Part shown: positions 13,701 through 26,200 of the stretch, piece after piece | How the letters are laid out: each line of letters begins with the position of its first letter | How positions within the stretch are numbered: position 1 is the first letter of the stretch | From: Lingula anatina | Taxonomy: Eukaryota > Animalia > Brachiopoda | Direction: 5' to 3' | Length of the DNA stretch: 64,000 bases | NCBI GenBank assembly: GCA_051362555.1 | Contig: CM120643.1 | Span: 24,308,848-24,372,847, forward strand | Position numbers and translations under genes: made by a program | The notes under the pieces: model-generated | Seen by the model: only the letters and a program-made list of their open reading frames with translations | What the model was told of the DNA's origin: nothing | The model's database searches: none

Positions 13701-16700
13701 TTCTACGCTTCTTGGAAACACAGACTATACAAGCGTGAGTTCACGTTAACCAAGCAACCCCAAGGCAAAATGCATTGACTTATGAAGCATGCTCGGCTCT
13801 GCCTGCTCCACCCACGCAAGGCCAAAGGTTTCAGTCTAGCACCATTCATTATAAGGCCCTGCCTTTGGCTTGCAGGGCCCGGGTCAATCTCTTCAAGTTA
13901 TGCTTTTTTTCCACCAAGAAAAAATTGCACAAGTCGTAGGCCTGTGCTGGCTGAAAAGTTTCCCATGGTTGCCCTACTATACTTTCCGTCTAGTATCCAA
14001 CAGAGCCATTATCATAACTTCGATAAGTTAACCACATTTTTCCTTCAAGGTAAAGGTAGAGTACTGCGAGGCAGAGCCGGTTTTAGCTCGTCCCAATTTC
14101 TGAGAACCAAGTTCTTGGTACTCAAGAAATAGGACGTAGGTACCAAATCAGCAGAGAATTTCCTTCAAACTTCACTACTTTGCCCAAAGGCCAAATCAGC
14201 ACACATTAGCAAGCTAGATCAGGTCAATTTCTATTATGTGTCTCATATGTTACGATGCGATATAAATATCTCGCAGGCCAGAGCAGAATGAAGTCCAGTT
14301 CTGAAGTGAGCCACGTAAAAGGAAAAACGGCTTGGTTCAGATCAGAACTGAACTGGACTCTTACCTGGTGAGTAATATATAAAAATATTTTTTAATTGAT
14401 TTCTGGACTGGCACAAATGGATTTAAAATGTTTATAAATCATCTTTAGTGCATGTTCAATAACCTACATAAATTTATACATGACATAATATGATAAATGA
14501 ACAATTTCAACATAACAGGCCTGCACAATGAAAGCATACACAAAATCTTTACTCACTTCCTCCTCAAACATTGTGTACAACGTTCCCTCCATTATCCTCC
14601 TGGCGCCTTCAATGATGGCCATGTAGCTGAAGCGTAACTGGTCAGCCGTCTGGATGAGGCCCATTCTGTATTTCCTCATGTCCAGCAAGACTGACCGGAC
14701 ATCTACGCTGTCTGGGTCCCGACTTTGTTCAATCTGTGGCAGGAAAGAGCCATAATGAGCCTTCTCTTAGCTGACTAGTGTTATTATAGATATTATAGAA
14801 AATTTTATCAAAATTGTAACTATATGTTCAAATGAGGTGAAATATTCCAAGCAATTACATTTAACAAAGAAAACTAGTAAGCACTACCCAAGTCAATGCT
14901 CGGCAGAAGCACATCATGAAATAAGATTAAATATTTAACATTTACAAATACTTAAAGATGTTTTATACTGGATTTTGTGACAAATTTAATTTCCATTAAA
15001 AGATTTAATGCAATTTTCTCCCACACACAAGTTGCTGTTCTCCTCTAATTCACTTCAATTTGATGTCTTGCACCACTTCTAATTTTCAAATCAAAATAAC
15101 TTAGTTTTAAACGAGTCGTGATTCATTCAGACTATCATAGTCTTCCTGACATTTCAGAAGGAAATATGTGCATCAGGTGCTTTAATGTGAGGGGGTTTAT
15201 TCTTCGTAAGGTCTTAACTGGAAAAAACAGCTTTGCAGGATATGAATACATTAAAAACATAACTTTGGGACATTTACAATTTGGATAGTAAACCTTCAAA
15301 TTTTTTTTTAAACATAAAATAGCACTGGGGGCAGAGAGGGGGGCAACAATAGGTTTGTGTTGCAAAACCAGTTTTACAAAATTAAAGATATCTGATTGAA
15401 GCTGCTTATTAAACAACCTTTCAACATATAAAACTCAAAATGAAATATGTTGACAGAGATATTCAACCACAAAATGTTGTATATATATATATATATATAT
15501 ATATAAAAAGGCAGCAATATCTGTTGAAAAATGTACTTAAATGAGATTACTAAGAAAATGATGCCAAAAAAAAATTAATAAATATTGATAACATAATTTT
15601 TGGGTCTATCATTTGCCTGCTGTACCTTATAATATTATATGGACTGAGATACAAATCTGACGATAATTTTACACTACCAGCACTAAGCAGGTGTCCACAA
15701 GACAGAATGTTCCAGATCGTCCAATCCCAGCACTACAGTGTATCACTGCTGGGCCGACGTCTGCCTCCAAGGCCCCAGACTGGCGAACTGCGATAAGAAA
15801 GTTGAGGAAGGCAGCAGAGGATTGTGGGACACCAAAGTCGGGCCACGTTGTATAGTGAAACTGAAGGACCTGCCGTACTGCTCCTTCCTGAAAATGTGGT
15901 ACGGAAACTGGGCTATAAAATTATCATAGTTATTACTTCGAAGAAAGTGTTTTATTTTCTTTTGTTCAGAAAAATAATCTAAGCACCCTGAAATCTAGCT
16001 ACATTCCATTTTTCACAACATGATAAACTATAAATATACACATTTTTAACCCTTTATGTCCTTCAGTGACCAGCCAACACCTTCATGAGGTTACAACATG
16101 GATGTTGTCTTAGTAACCACACATTGACTGATACTGTAAGTCTTACTAGAAATACATCTTTAAATATTGTCTTCATATGGTAAATAATAAATACTATTAC
16201 ACACATGTTATATAAGAACTTACAATGAGGTGTTCAATCTCCAGCGTTCTGACAGTGTAGTAGGAGGCTCTCTGCTCCCCACAGTACGTCACTTTGATGT
16301 TCACGTCATTGAAGATCATGGCGTCTTGGCCGCCTTGTTCCTCGCCTATTGGAAAATATTGGCTGCATTTTACCTGGCATTTAAAAAATGTGTAAATTCA
16401 TTAATGTGATCTATCATAATAAAAAACAAAATCCTCGCTGTTACTATTCAATTTATTCATTCACAACCTATTTTTACAAAGAATTTGTGTATTTTGCTCA
16501 ACCTTATGGCCCTACACATACACAGATACAAACCATGAAATTGGCTTGACACAGTTCATAGAACAATTCTCACAGTCCCATTGTTTAGCACATTAGGCAA
16601 ATTTCAATCATGAATGAAATGTGACTGAAAAAAATGTCAAAGAATTCATGTTCACTTGAGGCCCCCATATTGATGACCCTGTTTGTGCAAACTGAAAGTC

Positions 16701-17967
16701 ATTTTCAATAATCCATGACAGAAATTTGATTGAAGAAAACATTTCACAGAATTATCTTTCACTTATGCCCCCTTTTCCATGACCTGTTCCTGCACAGGTA
16801 ACCTTCAATAATCAAATCTGATTAAAAACTGTTCAAAGAATTGCCTTTCACTTACGGTCCCCTTTTCAATGACCCTGTTCAGCATAAGGACGGCCTTGGA
16901 GTTTTGTTCCCAGACCATCTGCCAGAAGTGACCTGAGGTGTTTGGGAGTGGACCCTGGAAGGTAATTAACACTTAGTCTAATGAAATATTTGTAATTCAG
17001 AGGCATGGCAATAATTCCATCTTTTCAATGAGGAAATCTGTGAATCTGATTTTTTTAAAGTCATAAATTCTTTAAGTAAGAACATTCCTGATGAGTGGTA
17101 GCAACAAAATTGAAAAGCAGCCCATCCTATATTTGTACTGTTAACTGTTAAAGTACCAAAATGAATGATTCACACACGACCATAACTTATTCATATATCT
17201 TTCATTTCAACAGACACTGGATTCCTGAAATCAATTCAAAGCATCACAATACATTCACCTATGACACAGGGGGAGAAGAGAACGACAAACCTGTGTCAGT
17301 ATATACCGCCTGTTTGCCTGAGGTGCCTCTACGAGGCTAGCGTTGATGTAGTCGTTGGTGCCCGATTTGAGAACAACTCGACTGTGATCATCTGGAAAAC
17401 AAGAACAGATTTCATCAGGCACAAGCCTAGGTTTAAAAAAAAACAGATTTTATTGCAGATTTTGATGAATCTCAGGAACCATCAGAATTTTTCCGTGGAA
17501 AAAGCACGTCTGATTCATAAGGTACACGCAATTATCTTAGTGTTACATTAGCAGCATTATTGTATCAAAATAAAACCGTCTTGAAAGAAAGACTTAATCT
17601 CTTGCTTTGATGAATGTGGTGTTGGGTTTATGGGCTCATTCCCACTGACGCTATCGCTCTGTCATCTAGTATGTAGATCTATCCAACTCCGCAGGGTCTC
17701 AAAGGGAATGCAATCAGATTAACACGCCTTTGTCTGGCATCGAGTTGAAAACAGAAAAGCTGGTGATTTTACAAATATGTTGGCGAAATGAGAGGAGGCG
17801 TGTGAGTCTGTTAATCTCAGCAAGAGTCCCTGCAGAGTTGGATCATGCTACGTAGATTGATAATTTTGTTGGGAATGAACCCCATGTTATGCTTCGCAAA
17901 TGGCCAGGTTAAGAGTCTGTGACACACACACACACACACAAAAAAAAAAAAATAAATAAATAAAAAA

Positions 17968-18010
<43 letters not shown>

Positions 18011-21000
18011 AAATAAATAAATACAAAAAGTCAGTGTACTGGACACCAGAGTCGACAAAACCTACCTGCCCAGAGTCTATATACAACATTTTTATTGGCC
18101 TGGCTTCAACTGTCCTGGAATACGGCTTAGCTTGGGGCCAGTGATTACACACATTTCTCATACTTACAAGGACTAACGTCTCTGTATCTGTTTCTATTCC
18201 TATTCTCTGGGTTCCTGGCATGCTTGGCTGTGAACTCAAACTCTCTGTTCAGGGCAGATTCATTGCGTATCCTCTGAAACAGGCAATAATCGAGTTGTAA
18301 TTATTTCATATATATCAATTCAAATATAATCCATGCATACTAGCATAGAGTTAGTGATTACTACTTTATGCATCATTCGATTCTTTTGCTCTTGATTTCA
18401 AAGCAAGTTGAAATTGAAGTTTATGTAAGCAATGCTAGGTGAGCAAATGTCAATGATAATGGAGATAAGACTGTTAAGCAAAGAGAAAGAGGTTAGGCCC
18501 ATTTCTTACAATATACTCTTGGTTTCTCAAACCTGTTCACTGCAGCTATAGTAAACCCCGTCTGCATGGGGGAGGGGGCAATGGAATATTTGTTTCAGAA
18601 TAAAACTAGTATGTAAAAGATTTTCCGTCAAATCAAATGTTACAATATTTATATATAATATACAAGACAGACTTTAATCACCCTGCCAAGAGAAACAAAT
18701 TGCATATGATTTGCCTGGCATAGTGTAGGTTACTAGTATTCAGTTTTAACAGTGCTGCTTTCAAAACTAACCTGCAAAACTGCAACCTTTGGGGAAAAAA
18801 AACTGTGAAACACGAAAGAGGCAGCCTTACTAATAAATGAATTCTAGGAAAAGCCTATATAGTCTCTTGACATATAAAATAGACTGTTGGCCTGAAGCAT
18901 GCAATAGCCTTCAATAAGTACCGGCATGTTTTGCCACCACAGGTACTCTGCTAGAGACAATAAAGAGCTGGTGACAATCCCATTTTGTTGAAGATTCAAA
19001 TTGCATACATTCATTTACTGTACATGCCTAGAGCTACTAAGAAATTTATTCTGACGGAAAAATGTTTTATTACGAGCTACTAAGAAATTGCAAGGAAAGA
19101 GTACAAGTACTTTGGAACGGGTTGGGGCTTAAGTATGCTTCCTGCAGCATTTAAACATTTTGAAAGCAGATCTGTAACCCTCCACCACCCGCTTACAAAT
19201 AATAATAATAATAATAATAATAAAAATAATAATAATAATAATATCAAATGGAAAAAGATCATTTTTATCTCACACACACACACACATACACACTCTCTCT
19301 CTCTCTCCTTAACTGCTGTTAATACAGGTAAGATGCAGGTAAGATGTGTTTTTTTTACGTCTACATATCCTGCAAGACTACTGATCTTGCCTAATTCAGA
19401 TCTTAATCTGATAAACCCTATCAAACAAAAAGATACATGATATTGATATGCTGATTCCTTTTGAAATGTACAAGATGTGGTTGTCATTTAGAAGTAAATT
19501 AGTTAATTAGAGATTATATAAACATCCAAGGGCAGGGATAGGTCATGCGACGGCTTGTGAATAGGAAGAAATTGCCATTTCTTTTATGGGAAAAAGTTCA
19601 AATCCCAGATAAGATCCATTAAATAATATATATCTAGACAGCTAGGCTGAGACATGTATATTATACAGAAATAAATAATAAAAAATAAAAAAATAAATTA
19701 AACCTAAAAGTCAACACATTTTTAAAAGTCAAAGAAATGGGACATGTATTATGGACAGTTGACCTGGAAAAAAATCCAAGTTTAGAGTTTAATGATGGCA
19801 ATAGTGGAGTTTACCATGTCACTGTGCCTTTATAAACATAGTTGCAATCAGACGTAAGTTACCAGAGCAATCCCTCTCCCCAACCCTACCCACATCAAAA
19901 ACGGCCTTATCACCTGGCAGTCTTAAATGTTTTGGAAAAAAAACGAAATAAAAATTTTGGAAGGACAAGCAAAATTTTGGTAAGATCAGTAGATTTCTGG
20001 TCCAGCTGGTACAAAAGACCAGCAAAGCCCCAGAGTTTTCTCCATGTCTGTTGTTATATTTTGAAGTTTTGAAGTGAGGTTAATAAATAGTGTACCTTTC
20101 CAAATATATTTGTACATAATATTTTGAAGGGGCCACGAATAGTCCAGGTTAAATAGTTTTAGTGTACCTTACCAAATATAATTGTGCATAATAAATATTT
20201 TGAAGGTGTCACCAACAGTTAGGTTGAATTATGTCTCTATACCATTCTAAGAAGTAATCAAAACAAATTGAAGGTGTCAGCAATTGTCCAGGTTAAATGA
20301 TGTCACTGTGCCTTTATAAAAATAGTTTTATATTTGAAGGGGCAGCAAACGTGAGGTTGAACAATGTCACTGTGCCTTTCTAATAAGTATTTGTAATTTC
20401 TTAAGGTGTCGGCAACAGTGAGGTTAAATAATGTCAGTGGCTGTATCTTTCAAAATAGTTTTTTTACTTAAAATTACAGCAGAAAAAAAAACTACTCCCC
20501 AATGGAACTGTGCAAAATTCATGCAATATCATGCTAAACGGCAGGCAATGCTTCAGAGCTAAAAATGAGAAATGAAGAGCTCGGAAAATGGGTATATACT
20601 AGTAAATTGTTATTTTCTCGTGGTTCTAAATAGGGTATACCTTGGCAATAAAGAGAATTGCTAAAACTTCCAGGAATTTATTCTTGTGCATATAAAAGAT
20701 GCATAATGCACTCCATGCCTTCAAGCCATATGCAAACCAATTCAATGACATTAAAAGTAATAATAATGGTGCCACTGTCACCACAGTTGGGTAGGAAAGA
20801 AAATTTTGAGGACACTTCATATAATTTTGTGGAAATAACTGAAGTAATTGTTTACATGATAAACATAAAAAGACTTATTCAGCACCAGATGGTAGCCAGC
20901 AACAGCTTTTTATGGAACCTTTAAGGCTTTTAGAGTTATATAATAATTCAAATTGTATCTGCTGCTCCTGATTCATGCTGGATTATATATCTGATGATGA

Positions 21001-22844
21001 TTATTGATGACAATGCAGTGTGCACACAAATTTTTGTATGTCAAACATTTAAGTCAGTTCTTAACATATTATTCACTGACAAGCTGTTTTTAAAAAAGGT
21101 GAAAAGTTATGCAAGTTATATACACAATTAAAAATATAACCTGTTTCATTTGTAGAACTCTGTGCCAATAATTTTCAATGCTATTACATAGGGATGAGAG
21201 AGATAAATCCTTGCTTTTTCTTCATGCTGGTTACCAACCTCCCATAATTACAAGTAAATAGCTACAAATTTCTTTATCTTGAAATTTTGAAGAAAAGCCC
21301 AACTATTCATGTTTTTAGGAGGAATTGACATTTACCTTTCCTTGAAATCTGACACCATATTTGGAATAGAAAGCTTGTGGTAATTCTCAGTGCATACACA
21401 GATGCTGACTTGGAAAAAATATATATTGAGCCAAAAACTGAAAGTTCTATGACAGAAAGGATATTTAAGGATTTTTCAAATCAAGTAAATAAATAAGAAA
21501 CAAATTATATTTGAAAAAAATTGAATATTAAATATAACTGTGCTCCAATAAATTTTGGTACAAAACATCTATTCCTTTAGCATTTTGCCACTTAAAAGTA
21601 AATAACTTGCAGGGGCGGATTTAGGCCGTCTTCTGGGTCTTCCAGAAGACGGTCAGATATTCAAGTTTACATTAACAGGCATCTAATTTTTCTGTTGGAA
21701 GACGATAAAATTTTGAGGATGGATCAACAAAGATAATTTGGAAGACTGTCAGAAAATAGCTCTGGATCTGCCCCTGACTTGTGTAATGCATGCAGAAAAT
21801 CAGGACGATTATTAACATGAGTGTGCATGAGTTTTTAATAAAAATTTGCCAAGATTTGTTTTAAGAGAAATGTGAGCATGCAACAGTGCATTTAACATTT
21901 ACAGCTAAGTTTTAAATGGTCCTTTTAAGTTTTATCAGTGAATTTCTTAACAAAGGCAGTTATTCCAATAAACCTAAGATCTCGCTTTCTCTCTCTCCCT
22001 CTCTCTCAGATTAACTTACAAAAAACAGCATGTAAAACGCTGACTAGATTAAATCTACTAGCAAGTTTTCAAAGTAAATTCTCACTTTAGTTTTACAAGG
22101 TTGCATGACTTGATGAAGCTTTAAACATGAAAGATAGATGGAGTTGACCTAAATGCCATTTAATTACTATTATTATTATGAAAATGATTTATTTATTTCA
22201 ATTTTTTCCTTATGCAGGATAAAATACAAAGCCAACTGTATCTGCTCCTCAGACTGGTCTTCTTAAATCTTATGTAATGCCTGACATATGATGATATTAT
22301 CAAATCTGCTTAAAACAAATGAACTGATTTTGATATATGTCTTATTGTACCAATCTATCAATTTATATATTGATATTATAATGGTGGGGTAATATAATGT
22401 GACTTGCAGATCATCATATTTGCATTAATCACTTTTTAAGGAAAAGCCAGTAATTTTGCATCCCTGCTGCATTCTGATTTTTGCAATCCCGCAATAAGAT
22501 ATGTTACTCTATACACGGATGTGCACATGACTCTCCCTTTCAAGACGGGGGGACGAAGTGCAATTTTTTGAAGAAAAAAAGAAAATCAATTTAAAAAATC
22601 CACTATATTGTAATCACAGCTGGTTATTTTGTGACACATAATTACAAAAGTAAAACTACTGCATCTACAAACACTGCCGTTTTCAAAAGATAAACAAAAG
22701 TAAAAGTAAAACAGTGTGCAAACGCCAAATGCCAGTGCATAGTATTTGGATCGTTACTTCCCCAGTGCCCACCTCGTATTCGATTCCCCAGCTCCCGTTC
22801 CTGTCGTAGTCTTCGAACAGGCCGATTAGCGACGTCGAGCTCAT
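7734..22844 (-). CDS. PTPN1: Non-receptor tyrosine phosphatase of the PTP1B/TC-PTP (PTPN1/PTPN2, Ptp61F) family, ~471 aa, 10 coding exons
   Basis: Exons (minus strand): 22844-22773, 18273-18168, 17391-17291, 16954-16856, 16373-16224, 15887-15678, 14733-14557, 11342-11250, 8440-8232, 7932-7734. All introns are GT-AG, phases are consistent, total 1416 nt. Motifs: [66 protein letters not shown], Pro-rich segments, basic [14 protein letters not shown] and a hydrophobic C-terminal anchor ([25 protein letters not shown]). Probably co-orthologous to vertebrate PTPN1 and PTPN2. Confidence 0.96.
9708..10300. repeat. Diverged direct duplication (~250-bp homology, ~380-bp period)
   Basis: CACCAATTTTT..AGGGCTTCAGG.C.TTGGGATTT..GAAAATTTCACAAAAATA..AGGCTGG occurs at ~9741-9952 and ~10122-10299. 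Confidence 0.65.
17632..17882. mobile_element. MITE family with GGG(C/T)TCATTCCCA termini (related copies ~30637-30877, 49731-49941, ~57440-57705)
   Basis: TIR GGGCTCATTCCCA / TGGGAATGAACCC. Shared internal motifs (GATCTATCCAACTC, GCAATCAG(A/C)TTAAC) recur in the other copies. Confidence 0.7.
20058..20460. repeat. Degenerate ~60-bp minisatellite, ~7 units
   Basis: Unit ~TTTGAAGGTGTCAGCAACAGTGAGGTTAAATAATGTCACTGTGCCTTTCCAAATATA repeated in PTPN1/2 intron 1; an orphan unit lies near 19795-19843. Confidence 0.8.
21610..21776 (+). mobile_element. ~167-bp MITE, CAGGGGCGGAT termini, 5-bp TSD ACTTG
   Basis: CAGGGGCGGATTTAGG...CTCTGGATCTGCCCCTG; ACTTG at 21605-21609 and 21777-21781. Confidence 0.85.
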
Positions 22845-23260
22845 TTGGGGCTGTTGCTCTGAGCACTTTAATTCCACATTTGGGCGAGCTTTCACTCAAT
22901 CCTTCTCTCAAATATATCTGAATTTCCTGGCAGCCAGTTACTTGGAACGGAAGTAGAGTACGCATGGCAGGGTGTTTGGGCATTTCCAAGAAAGGCTTAA
23001 TTTCTTTGCGCACCAAACAGGAATTGTTTTTGCAAGTTTAATTAGCCTTTTTATCGCTTTCTAATTATGTTCATTAATGCACTCTTGACTTGCTTCTATT
23101 TTTGCAAGATGTGCTGTGATTCAGAGTGCTGCAATTATTATATAGGCCTATCTTGAAATGTAAGATATTTTAAACGTTGCCCCTGTACATCCGAGGATCT
23201 TCTTTATATCTAGCGATCTAGCGATGATGTAGAGCCCTGAGTTTACTGCAAAGAAGTTGT
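22845..23260. promoter_or_regulatory. Putative bidirectional promoter shared by the PTPN1/2 and ASB genes
   Basis: The two start codons are divergent and only 416 bp apart. Contains ETS/GABP-like CGGAAGT at 22948-22954 and GAS-like TTCCAAGAA at 22984-22992. Confidence 0.65.
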
Positions 23261-26200
23261 ATGGCGGGAGGCAGGCTTTCCGGGCCTCCAGGCAATTATT
23301 CTGAGCTTGCACCTCGAATGGTGCTTGCTTTGAAACGGCAAGATGTTATGGCGGTGAGGGGATGTTATTATTTTATGTCCACGTTTTTCCCAAAATCAAG
23401 GAACACAAGAACGTTTCTAAAGAGTGCAGATAGCCACATACATGTATCTGAGTATATGAATGGGTATAAATTTTGGCTCTGGAATTTTTCCAAACACAGA
23501 AATATACATTTAGCCTTGTAAAATAGGCAAAACGAAGGAATTTGGGTCTTGGAAATATGCAAAATAATTTCAGATACAATGTTTTATTAAGTAGCAGAAC
23601 TTGACCTCCTATCATTAGGTAACTAAGTCACAAGAAAGGTTTGGGAAGAAGAGATGTTGGCAAAAAAAAAAAAAAAAAACATAAAAAAACAAAACAAAAC
23701 AAAAAACATCAATTATTTTTCATAATATAATATATATTTTACTTTGCTTAAAAGATTTAATGAAAAAAATACTCCATAAAAATTCTCTTTTGACCTTTAT
23801 TAGCTTGATCACCAAATGTTGCCCACATGGTTAAAACGGTACTAGCTGATCTTGTCATGTATCAACGCAGGTTAGTTCTCAGTGCAGTACAGTAGTTGAG
23901 GGGCAGCACATCATGTAAAAATTGATAGAAATCTGACATACCAGGGACATTTTTATGGCAGTTTGCAAAAGCCAACAACTAAGCCTATACCTGCAATCAT
24001 CTGTGATCCTTAATGCATGATCACAATGAGGCTACATTGCAAATCTATACATCTAGTAGAGTTCAATAAATACCAATTCTGCATTCATAGGCTTAATTCA
24101 ACTTAATTTGATTAAACATAGCTCCATAATTATCAGCCTTAATTAATGAACAAGCACTTAGTGCCAGACAAATTATCCAGTAGGATATCCAATACATTAA
24201 ACACTCTGTAAAAATACCATCCAAGGCATGGGATACTCTTTCAGAGTTAGTGACCTCCTTCTAGATATATATTAGCTATTTCACCTGGCGCAGTGATAAG
24301 TGTAGGGTAGTTTGGCATTTTCCCAACATGGTAACATCTTGCCGATTTTCAAATGTCAGAGAAACATCTTGTAAGCTATTGGTATTTGTAAAACTTGACA
24401 CTCTGCTATTACATGTAAAACTTATGCTATGTTTACTCTCCCTTCACATATAAATTAAACTTATGATAGTCAAACTGTCTTTTGTTTTTATCTTTTTACA
24501 ACAGGTAAAAAATCTACTGGAAGAAGGTTACAGGAAGTTAATCAATGCTAAATTGAAACATTCTGATGATGCTAGACGTTCCATTGCTGAACCCTGTGTA
24601 TATAAAGAAACAGCACTTTGTGTTGCTATCAGAGTGGGACAGGATAAGTTGGAAGATTTATTAAATCTTCTTCTACATTCTGGTAATATACTTATTCTTT
24701 CACTGTTACAGTAACTGTAATTTTTACCTTCGACAAGGAGGTTTTGTTTTTGTTACCATTAGTTAGTAGGTTTGTCTGTGGAGAGCATTACACAAAAGGT
24801 TATATATGGAATTTGATTAAATTTTCAGGATAGTTTGCAATTGGCTCAGTGAAAAAAATGATTAGATTTTGCTGATTATCCATAAATTAATTAGGTAATA
24901 AATTAGCTAATTAATTAATTAATTGTGTACAGATTTTGATGACATTTTTAGGAAATGGGCCAACAGATTTATGATTAGATTCTGGCAATGATCCATTAAT
25001 TAATCCATTAATTAAGTGTTGATAATTAGTTAATTATTTGTCTTGATGGAGGTCACACTCTTTGATTGCTTTTCCATATTTACATAAGTACATAACACTT
25101 ATGGCTAATTGTATTTCATATTTGCTTCAGTTATATTTATTCATGGTAGATACTGGCCAGTAGTGCTTTACAGAAGTCAGCAACTTTTATCATTACCTCC
25201 ACCAAGGAGGTTATGCTTTCACCCCTGTTTGTCTGTTTGTTTGTCTGTCATCGTCAAAACTCAAAAAGTTATAGACCAACTTTGATGAAATTTTCAGGAA
25301 CTGTAAGAAGTGGGCCAAAGAACAGATGATTAGTTTTTGGTGGTGATCCGGATCAATAATCAATCAATAGTCAATTATAATAAAAAATTGCTGCCTTGGT
25401 GGAGGTCTGCGCTCTCGGACAGAGTGCTTTTCTAGTATATATATATATGAAAAAGTCTACCAGTACACACAGTAGCATAGTGGTTACCCTGATACAATAT
25501 TTAATAGAAGTACATTAACTCACTTTGAGTAGTAAAATAGGGTATTCCCAACATTAACTTTTGCATAGCTTGGTGGTTTGATTACCTAGTAGTAAAGTGA
25601 TTGAGCACAAGGCAGAATTTTGCCTACCATTGTAAGCTTATGGCCAACAATAGGGTCCTGGTCGCTGAACCACCCACTAGTCAGGAAGTGATATTATATT
25701 AACATCTGCATGTACTCACATCAGCTTGATGAAGACATACATCTATGTTGTGTATAAGCCAATGCGCTTGCTAAAAATTTCAGCTTGTGTTCAATAACTT
25801 AATTTTTGTGAAATAATTGACTTTCTTCTTTTATTCTAGGAGCAGATCCCAACAAGAGGTCAGAGGAAATTACTGCAACAAGACATTCTGTGGTGTCTCC
25901 ACTACTTCTGTTGTGCCAAAAAAGTCCTTCACTGATATATAAGCTACTGGAAGCAGGTTGGTGCAATTAATTCTTCATCAAGATATTCTGCTGGTAATAT
26001 GTTGTTAATTTTTTAAAGTGTCTTTCTCAGAGATATGGCTGACGGTAGTGCTTACACATTTAAATTCTGATAAAGTGAATCATTGGAGCATATTACTCCC
26101 TTATAAAAGATTCAGATCAGCATTGTAATACTCTTCCCTCAATACCTATGGTGCACTTCATCTGTTCCATTCATTTAAAAGGTCTGTATCTTAACACCTT

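Noticed and set aside
20058-20460. Regularly spaced ~60-bp repeats as a possible CRISPR-like array
   Set aside because: The whole unit is repeated with divergence, with no unique spacers; it lies in a eukaryotic intron with no cas genes. It is a minisatellite.
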